A DNA stretch of 64,000 nucleotides from positions 128,001 through 192,000 of the IMG/VR virus record IMGVR_UViG_3300031555_003626; one strand, given 5' to 3'. A model generated the notes under the pieces. That model was not told the origin of the DNA and ran no database searches. It saw only the letters and a list, made by a program, of their open reading frames with translations. Of the stretch, positions 58,964 to 64,000 are shown piece by piece; the first letter of the stretch is position 1; each line of letters opens with the position of its first letter. Source of the DNA: a virus. Taxonomy: Duplodnaviria; Caudoviricetes. The translations under genes and the position numbers were made by a program.

Positions 58964-60943
58964 ATGACTACTATTCAGAAGATTCTTATTTCTCGTCGTA
59001 TGCTTGTAGCAGATACTATTCCTACTAAGTCTGCTTTTAGACTTGAGGGCGCATATCTTAATGCGTTTCTTCTCGCTAACTTTGGTATTGTTGTAGATAA
59101 GCCTGAACTTCTTACTAAGGAAATGGTAAAGGACATCTCTGATGTTTATAAGCTTAACGTACCTAAGTCTTATTTCGCAAATCCTCAGGATACTAAGTTC
59201 TATACTGCTGAAGAGCTTCTTATAGAGCAGTGTATCTCTTATTTCCTTGCTTATGGTGCGGAGGATTCTCATGTTCACATTTTTGATAAGGAGCTTCCTG
59301 AGTACCCTGTAGGTGAGGAGATCAAGATTCGTGAGTTCCGTATTCTTGACGCCGACGAAGCAGAAGCCGAGCTTATGGAGATTACTAAGGCTTATGCTGC
59401 TTATAAGCGCCCTTGGGGCCTTGATGAGGCAGCAGAGTTCCTTGAGCTCTACAAGAATGGCTATTACAGATTTACCGAGATGCCTGTAAACTGTGGCGAC
59501 AACGCTGTTCTTATGCTCGGTGAGAACACTGATTTCGCACAGTTTCTCTTTAAGAAGGACGTTGTAAAGCTTTCTGTAGCTCGTTGTGGCGAGAAGAAGG
59601 AACTTTCTCTTGATGGCGCTACTCGTGGCCTTATCAAGGCAATTATTCCTCTCGTTAAGGACTGTCCTATGTCTAAGAAGCAGGCAAAGTATTTCAATAC
59701 TCTTGTCAAGCTTACCGGTTCTAAGGTAAAGAAGGCTTCTAATGAGGCATCTCCTAATAGACTTGCTCTTGAAAAGTTGAATGCTGGTGACGTTGTTGGT
59801 GCTGCAAAGATTTTTGCAAAGAGTGGTTCTCTTCTTGAGAGAAATCTTAAGTTCCTTCTTTCTCGTGCAAATCCTAGGGAGGCAATACAGATTCTCGACA
59901 TGCTTTCTAATGAGAACCCTGCTGTTCTTTATCAGATAATGTCTACTGTTCTTGCTGACAACGAGGAGGCTCGTACCTTCTCCTTCTACGCAAAAAATAG
60001 AATTAAGACTCATATTGAGACTGAGTACGAGGCTCGTTGGAGAAAGTCCAGACTTAATGACGCAACTAAGAAGCTTGTACACGATATGTGCTTTGAGAAG
60101 ATTGCTGAGCATTATGTAAACACTGAGTCTCTCCGTAAGGTTTACATCGCTCCTAATTTCTATAAGGTAGCAATGCCTGTTAATACTTCTGCCTCTGGTA
60201 AGGGTATCGACGTTCCTGCTACCGGAACTAGACTTCCTATCAACGGCACTAAGATCAGATCTTTCGTACATTGGGAGAATGCTTTCGATATTGACTCCTC
60301 TACTATCTACGAGTTTGGCGATGGCTCTCTCAAGATGATTAATTTTTGCAGTTATAATTACGAGAACTTCGATGGCGCTGCTCGCTTCTCAGGTGATATT
60401 ACTGGTCCTAAGGGTACTGAGTATTTCGACCTTGACCTTGAGTCTCTTAAGGAACAGGGTGTAAAAAGAGTAGTATTTACCTTCCATGGTTATTGTTCTA
60501 CTCTTGACTCCGGCGAGATTTATTGCGGTTACCAGAACAAGAATAACTTCAATACTAAGGCCTGGGATCCTAAGAACATTGAGCTTAAGATTCACGTTAA
60601 GGGTGAGAAGCGTGCCTATGTGGCATTTGCTATCGATCTTGAGACTATGGAGATTATAGTACTCAACCTGATGCGCGATGATGACTCTCGAGTTGTTTCG
60701 CCTAAGGACTTTGAGGCTATTAAGGCTTTCATGGATCCTGCAAAGCTTGAACTCAATATGGGTCTTATTGCTGAGTGGCGTGCAGCTGAGGTTGTTGAGA
60801 CCCCTGAAGAGGCCACTGTTATCTTCTCGGATGACTATGTTGTAAAGGAAGTGGAATTGGCAGAGAATGAGGTACCTGTACCTGCTCCTGTAGTAATCCG
60901 TTCCTTCGATATTGAGAAGCTTAACATGATTGCAAACGTTTAA
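58964..60943 (+). CDS. Helical-repeat (putative Ro/TROVE-like) protein with C-terminal TerD-like domain
   Basis: C-terminus FVHW....DIDSS...FSGDIT....EYFDLDL..L...GV..VVF...Y is TerD-like; the Ro-like call for the helical N-terminus is inferred from architecture and flanking RNAs. Confidence 0.6.
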   Translation: MTTIQKILISRRMLVADTIPTKSAFRLEGAYLNAFLLANFGIVVDKPELLTKEMVKDISDVYKLNVPKSYFANPQDTKFYTAEELLIEQCISYFLAYGAEDSHVHIFDKELPEYPVGEEIKIREFRILDADEAEAELMEITKAYAAYKRPWGLDEAAEFLELYKNGYYRFTEMPVNCGDNAVLMLGENTDFAQFLFKKDVVKLSVARCGEKKELSLDGATRGLIKAIIPLVKDCPMSKKQAKYFNTLVKLTGSKVKKASNEASPNRLALEKLNAGDVVGAAKIFAKSGSLLERNLKFLLSRANPREAIQILDMLSNENPAVLYQIMSTVLADNEEARTFSFYAKNRIKTHIETEYEARWRKSRLNDATKKLVHDMCFEKIAEHYVNTESLRKVYIAPNFYKVAMPVNTSASGKGIDVPATGTRLPINGTKIRSFVHWENAFDIDSSTIYEFGDGSLKMINFCSYNYENFDGAARFSGDITGPKGTEYFDLDLESLKEQGVKRVVFTFHGYCSTLDSGEIYCGYQNKNNFNTKAWDPKNIELKIHVKGEKRAYVAFAIDLETMEIIVLNLMRDDDSRVVSPKDFEAIKAFMDPAKLELNMGLIAEWRAAEVVETPEEATVIFSDDYVVKEVELAENEVPVPAPVVIRSFDIEKLNMIANV

Positions 60944-61044
60944 TTAAAATAACTGGGCGTTAATTAATTTTAGCGCCCATAATAAAAAAAATATTTTGCT
61001 AAATTAATTAAAAATTACGTTTATTATATCGTATAATATAATAC

Positions 61045-61157
61045 AGAGCCAATGCTTATTTCTTTGCCTGTTAAGCCGTGTGTCGCAGGTTCGAATCCTG
61101 CCATCCCGCTGCAGTGGGATGTAGCTCAGTGGTAGAGCAACGATTATTAGCTTGGCC
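61045..61157 (+). ncRNA. Circularly permuted tRNA-Asn(GTT)-derived, YrlA-like RNA
   Basis: Conserved stem, then gc-ctgttaa-gccgt, T arm gcagg-ttcgaat-cctgc, closed acceptor catcccg/tgggatg, D arm tagctcagtggtagagc, acg, then stem 3' strand. Confidence 0.8.
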
Positions 61158-61210
61158 AAAAATTAATATTAAAGCAAAATTTGCTATTAATCTATCGTAT
61201 AATATAACAT

Positions 61211-61328
61211 AGAGCCAATACTTATTTCTTTAATGCTGGGGACTGCGATCGTAGGTTCGACTCCTGCCCCGCCGACCAATCGGTGGGTAGCCAAGCGGTA
61301 AGGCAGCGGTTAAATTAATAGTTTGGCC
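61211..61328 (+). ncRNA. Circularly permuted tRNA-Pro-derived, YrlA-like RNA
   Basis: tgggg-actgc, T arm gtagg-ttcgact-cctgc, acceptor cccgccg-ACCA-at-cggtggg (C1-G72, A73), D arm, gcggt. Confidence 0.8.
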
Positions 61329-61337
61329 AAAAAGTTT

Positions 61338-61451
61338 AGAACCAATGCTTATTTCTTATGATTTTCCAGCTGGCCGTGCGGGTTCGATTCCCGTCGCTCG
61401 CAGAGCGGGTGTAGCTCAATGGTAGAGTTCCAGCTTTCATTTAGCTTGGTC
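61338..61451 (+). ncRNA. Circularly permuted tRNA-Gly(TCC)-derived, YrlA-like RNA
   Basis: ttcca-gctgg, T arm gcggg-ttcgatt-cccgt, acceptor cgctcgc-aga-gcgggtg, D arm, ccagc. Confidence 0.8.
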
Positions 61452-61467
61452 ATATTTTGTTTAATAT

Positions 61468-61577
61468 GGGCTGATTAGCTTAGTGGTAAACCTTGGGTAG
61501 TTTCACATACCAAGTTAAGAGGCAGAGCCCCTCCCTTCAAAGGAGGAGACTCCGGTTCGACTCCGGAATCTGGCCCA
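61468..61577 (+). tRNA. tRNA with UCA anticodon (UGA-reading) and D-loop insertion
   Basis: cctcc-cttcaaa-ggagg anticodon arm, T arm tccgg-ttcgact-ccgga, bulged 8-bp acceptor; about 35-nt hairpin in the D loop. Confidence 0.6.
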
Positions 61578-61585
61578 CTTAATAT

Positions 61586-61740
61586 GCTCCTGTGGCGGAA
61601 TAGGCAGACGCTGTGGACTTGTTTGAGTAGTTTAATGTAAAACAAGTCCGCAAGACTGATGTGAGTTCAAGTCTCATTTCAAGCACCAAAAATCCACTGC
61701 CCGTAAGGGCGTACCGGTTCGAGTCCGGTCAGGAGCACCA
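61586..61740 (+). tRNA. tRNA-Leu(TAA) interrupted in the anticodon by a nested tRNA-like element (61621-61688)
   Basis: Removing the insert gives an 87-nt class II tRNA with gtgga-cttaaaa-tccac and ACCA end. Confidence 0.85.
61621..61688 (+). other. Nested tRNA-like insert 1 (68 nt, ends ACCA)
   Basis: gtttgag/ttcaagc acceptor, gttt/aaac D stem, agtc-cgcaa-gact, gtgag-ttcaagt-ctcat. Confidence 0.8.
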
Positions 61741-61744
61741 TAAA

Positions 61745-62248
61745 TCTGAGAACTCCTATATGATGAAATGATATACTCTATAGCAAGCTCAGCGTTAGCC
61801 CACCTCGAGTGCGTTAATCTCGAGTATTTATCGTGAGGGGCATGAATGATTTCTGTACATATATTGTGAATTTCGAATACTTGGTAGAGCAAGAAGGACG
61901 ATAACTACTTCTTTGGATCGTACAGCATTAATGATTTACTGAGTATCTCGACGTTAGGACTGATAAATAATTTAATAACCTTGAGGCGATTGCTACCTTG
62001 AAAGATAGGAGCAGACTTGAAAGAGCACTCGCGGACCAAAAGAAGTTAATTGTCGAGAAAACCGCGGACTTCGGTCTCATAATCGACGGATTGTGGGATT
62101 TAGTGACTAGGATGAGGTGTGGCTACGCAGACCAACTTATATAAATGACGGACGGGTAAATAGATCTGAAAAGTGAAATAACCGAGAAGTTTATATGCAT
62201 AGTGTCTAGGCGTAGAGTAGAGGCGATGTAAATTATTTATCAGACACC
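61745..62248 (+). ncRNA. Candidate large pseudoknotted ncRNA (~500 nt) inside tRNA cluster
   Basis: No credible ORF; perfect 15-bp pair 61960-61974/62229-62243 crossing pair 61899-61916/62036-62055. Confidence 0.55.
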
Positions 62249-62267
62249 AATGTTTTTTAATTTTTAT

Positions 62268-62342
62268 AGGTCTCTGGTGTAACGGTAGCACGGCAGTCTC
62301 CAAAACTGTAAGGTCAGGGTTCGAATCCTTGGGGGCCTGCCA
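62268..62342 (+). tRNA. tRNA-Trp(CCA)
   Basis: Canonical cloverleaf, gcagt-ctccaaa-actgt, G73 plus CCA. Confidence 0.9.
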
Positions 62343-62365
62343 AAAATCAATTTAATTAATAATAT

Positions 62366-62465
62366 GGGCATGTAAACTAAAATGGTAGAGTGGGATAATT
62401 GCCCGTGAGGTTCGATTCCTCCTTGGTCTTTGGTAGATATGCCGGTTCAAGTCCGGTCGTGCACT
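62366..62465 (+). pseudogene. Degenerate tRNA-like sequence with two T arms
   Basis: gggcatg/cgtgcac ends, D-arm-like start, gagg-ttcgatt-cctc and gccgg-ttcaagt-ccggt; no anticodon arm or CCA. Confidence 0.4.
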
Positions 62466-62472
62466 TTAATAC

Positions 62473-62549
62473 GCAAGTGTTGTACAGCTGGTCAGTGCGT
62501 CCGTCTGATACGCGGAATGTCAGTGGTTCGAATCCACTCACTTGCACCA
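62473..62549 (+). tRNA. tRNA-Ile(GAT)
   Basis: gcaagtg/cacttgc, tccgt-ctgatac-gcgga, ACCA. Confidence 0.85.
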
Positions 62550-62647
62550 ACCCGGAGAGCCCGAAAAGCCACGGTATCTGATATGGTCGCCCCCAACGAC
62601 TTGACGAGACAAGGTGATTATTTGGGGATAGTCACCTAGTTTAAATT

Positions 62648-62806
62648 ATGTCACCTGAATTAGAAGAATTATTACATAGTACTTTTACATTAAAACAGAC
62701 TTTATCACAAGTTTTGCCAAAAGAAGCAGTTGATTATATTCTAGAGCTTATTGCAAAAGACGGAGCTCATAGAAAGTATCTTAAGCTTATAGAAGAAGAA
62801 AATTAA
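62648..62806 (+). CDS. Small hypothetical protein (52 aa) in tRNA cluster
   Basis: ATG...TAA ORF with phage-like composition, weak RBS. Confidence 0.45.
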   Translation: MSPELEELLHSTFTLKQTLSQVLPKEAVDYILELIAKDGAHRKYLKLIEEEN

Positions 62807-62810
62807 ATAT

Positions 62811-62947
62811 TGAGCTATGGTGTAAAGGTAGCACAACAGACTTTCGTGGATTAGCATAAGTAATGCACTACATGGTTATAATAGTTCAAGTCTATTATTC
62901 ACGGCCAGACTCTGTTGGTTTTGGTTCGAATCCAGATAGCTCAGCCA
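62811..62947 (+). tRNA. tRNA-Gln(TTG) interrupted by a nested tRNA-like element (62845-62907)
   Basis: Removing the insert gives a 74-nt tRNA with acaga-ctttgac-tctgt, T1-A72, GCCA end. Confidence 0.85.
62845..62907 (+). other. Nested tRNA-like insert 2 (63 nt, ends GCCA)
   Basis: cgtggat/attcacg acceptor, gcat/atgc D stem, aatag-ttcaagt-ctatt T arm, vestigial anticodon arm. Confidence 0.8.
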
Positions 62948-63111
62948 GATCCGGAGTATGACTATCCTTCAACAGAAAACCGACCACGATAATCTCTTAA
63001 AGCGCTTTAGGAGGTCGAGTAAAACAAAGAAGGAACTTTTATTAAATTATTAATTTATCAAAAAAAATATTCGCTAAATTATTTAGAAATCAATTAAAGG
63101 AGATTATTGCC

Positions 63112-63213
63112 ATGAGTAAATCATTTTTGTTTAAATCGTCAAAATGCTATCATGGTGTAGTTATACCCTTTTCCAATCGCAAGGCGGAAGGGCCAGGAAT
63201 TTCTCAGCGTTGA
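63112..63213 (+). CDS. 33-aa peptide
   Basis: Late motif at 63073, AAGGAG RBS, MSKSFLFKSSKCYHGVVIPFSNRKAEGPGISQR. Confidence 0.4.
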   Translation: MSKSFLFKSSKCYHGVVIPFSNRKAEGPGISQR

Positions 63214-63446
63214 TCTGAACTTTATAAAGATAATCGACGTCTGAGATTAAGTTATTGAAAAATAAACTTAATTTTAGGCGTTATTTTTATCTAAAACTGT
63301 TTAAAATTTGCATTATGTTATTGTATAATATAATGTTAACGGTTATAATATCGGTTTGATATAAGCGGCATATATCATTTAATTGCGCCCTGCACCGAGG
63401 CGCACCCGATACAGTTGTTCACCTTAAGCAACTTCTGTCTATACAT

Positions 63447-63645
63447 GCTTCCGTAGCTCAGCTGGTAGAGCAACAGACTTTGATTGAATCGTTTAAATGG
63501 GTTATTAGATTAGTGAATGGTATAAACCTAATTTAATAAGTTCTGTTCGTAGGACATCGGCCTGATAGCCGAAGATGTGAGTTCAAGTCTCGTTTCAGTC
63601 ACCATAATCTGTGGGTCGCGGGTTCGATTCCCGCCGGAGGCACCA
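63447..63645 (+). tRNA. tRNA-Lys(TTT) interrupted by a nested tRNA-like element (63482-63604)
   Basis: Removing the insert gives a 76-nt tRNA with acaga-cttttaa-tctgt and ACCA end. Confidence 0.85.
63482..63604 (+). other. Nested tRNA-like insert 3 (123 nt, Ile-like, own D-loop hairpin, ends ACCA)
   Basis: gattgaa/ttcagtc acceptor, tcggc-ctgata-gccga (6-nt loop), gtgag-ttcaagt-ctcgt. Confidence 0.8.
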
Positions 63646-63665
63646 AAAAATTTTAGGAGTTAATA

Positions 63666-63851
63666 ATGAAAGTAAGATATACTTGTAAACATTGTAATGA
63701 GACAAACGAAATCACAAATTTTTGGAAGTGGTTTTGGACCCCGCATTTTGGAACCAGAAAGCGCCTTCATTGTAAGGCTTGTAACAAGGTTAGCTATATG
63801 AAACGTCAGGATGGTCGAAAGATCCTTGACTGGTATACAGAAAAGAAATAA
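63666..63851 (+). CDS. Small Zn-ribbon protein
   Basis: AGGAG RBS; CKHC...PH....L.CKAC. Confidence 0.7.
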   Translation: MKVRYTCKHCNETNEITNFWKWFWTPHFGTRKRLHCKACNKVSYMKRQDGRKILDWYTEKK

Positions 63852-63860
63852 TTTAATATG

Positions 63861-64000
63861 GGGTAGGTAGTGAAGTGGCCAAACACGCGGACTGTAACTC
63901 CGTGCTTCATTGTATTGAGCTTATCCGAAGGAACTCGCGACTCTGTAAGATATGATTCAATCAAGTTTAGGCGCGCATGTGACTTGTGAAGCTTCGCTGG
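63861..64000 (+). tRNA. tRNA-Tyr(GTA) with ~90-nt expanded variable arm, truncated by window end
   Basis: gtgaagtggccaaacac D arm, gcgga-ctgtaac-tccgt, gcttca...tgaagc stem, then ttc gctgg (start of T arm). Confidence 0.65.

Noticed and set aside
58943-60271. 442-aa minus-strand ORF
   Set aside because: Antisense shadow of the strongly codon-biased + strand gene; no RBS or recognisable motifs
61045-61451. CRISPR array interpretation of the repeated AGAGCCAATGCTTATTTCT motif
   Set aside because: Repeat is bipartite and base-paired around tRNA-derived interiors of ~80 nt; no cas genes in the window
61468-61577. tRNA-Sec
   Set aside because: Variable loop is only 4 nt; tRNA-Sec needs a long variable arm and an extended D stem
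61674-62639. ORFs 61674-61892(-), 62100-62303(-), 62399-62581(+), 62430-62639(+)
   Set aside because: Overlap tRNA or ncRNA sequences; translations read as tRNA-derived spurious peptides
62550-62640. Theta/HDV-like ribozyme downstream of tRNA-Ile (and of tRNA-Gln at 62948)
   Set aside because: Both trailers start near ccggag and contain hairpins, but I could not build the nested double pseudoknot by eye; needs a motif search
61621-63604. Group I/II intron or BHB-intron explanation for the anticodon inserts
   Set aside because: Inserts are 63-123 nt, lack catalytic core elements and a terminal G, show no BHB, and fold as tRNAs ending in CCA
1-64000. Genome-wide stop-codon reassignment (TAG or TGA)
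   Set aside because: Coding density is high and long genes are intact in code 11; the one internal TAG seen (27483) comes with a frameshift

Overview
A 64 kb, AT-rich segment of a large tailed phage, probably infecting a Firmicutes (Clostridia-like) host; the host call is an inference from the strong AGGAG RBSs and the AbrB/SpoVT, HPr and BspA-like genes. Essentially all genes are on the + strand. 1-34.6 kb and 54.5-61 kb are dense arrays of small accessory genes that include a large RNA end-healing/repair set: Rnl1-like and Rnl2-like ligases, RlaP-like nucleotidyltransferase, Thg1, Pnk-HD, cyclic-phosphate receiver domain, HAD, HD and metallophosphoesterase. 34.7-54.4 kb is a late tail-fibre/receptor-binding module. 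Two non-coding regions are the most unusual. (i) 61.0-64.0 kb contains three tRNA genes (Leu-UAA, Gln-UUG, Lys-UUU) whose anticodon loops are each interrupted by a complete CCA-ending tRNA-shaped element; exact removal restores a canonical tRNA, suggesting tRNA-within-tRNA introns. It also has three circularly permuted tRNAs (Asn-, Pro- and Gly-derived) grafted onto one covarying bulged stem (Y-RNA/YrlA-like) next to a putative Ro-like/TerD gene whose leader carries a fourth, empty copy of the stem, a UCA-anticodon tRNA, a Tyr tRNA with a very large variable arm, and a ~500 nt pseudoknotted ncRNA candidate. (ii) 29.5-30.6 kb is a 1 kb structured-RNA island with a thrice-repeated RNA module and a tRNA-like RNA with a D-loop insertion. 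All structures were folded by eye and protein families were recognised from motifs; no searches were run.
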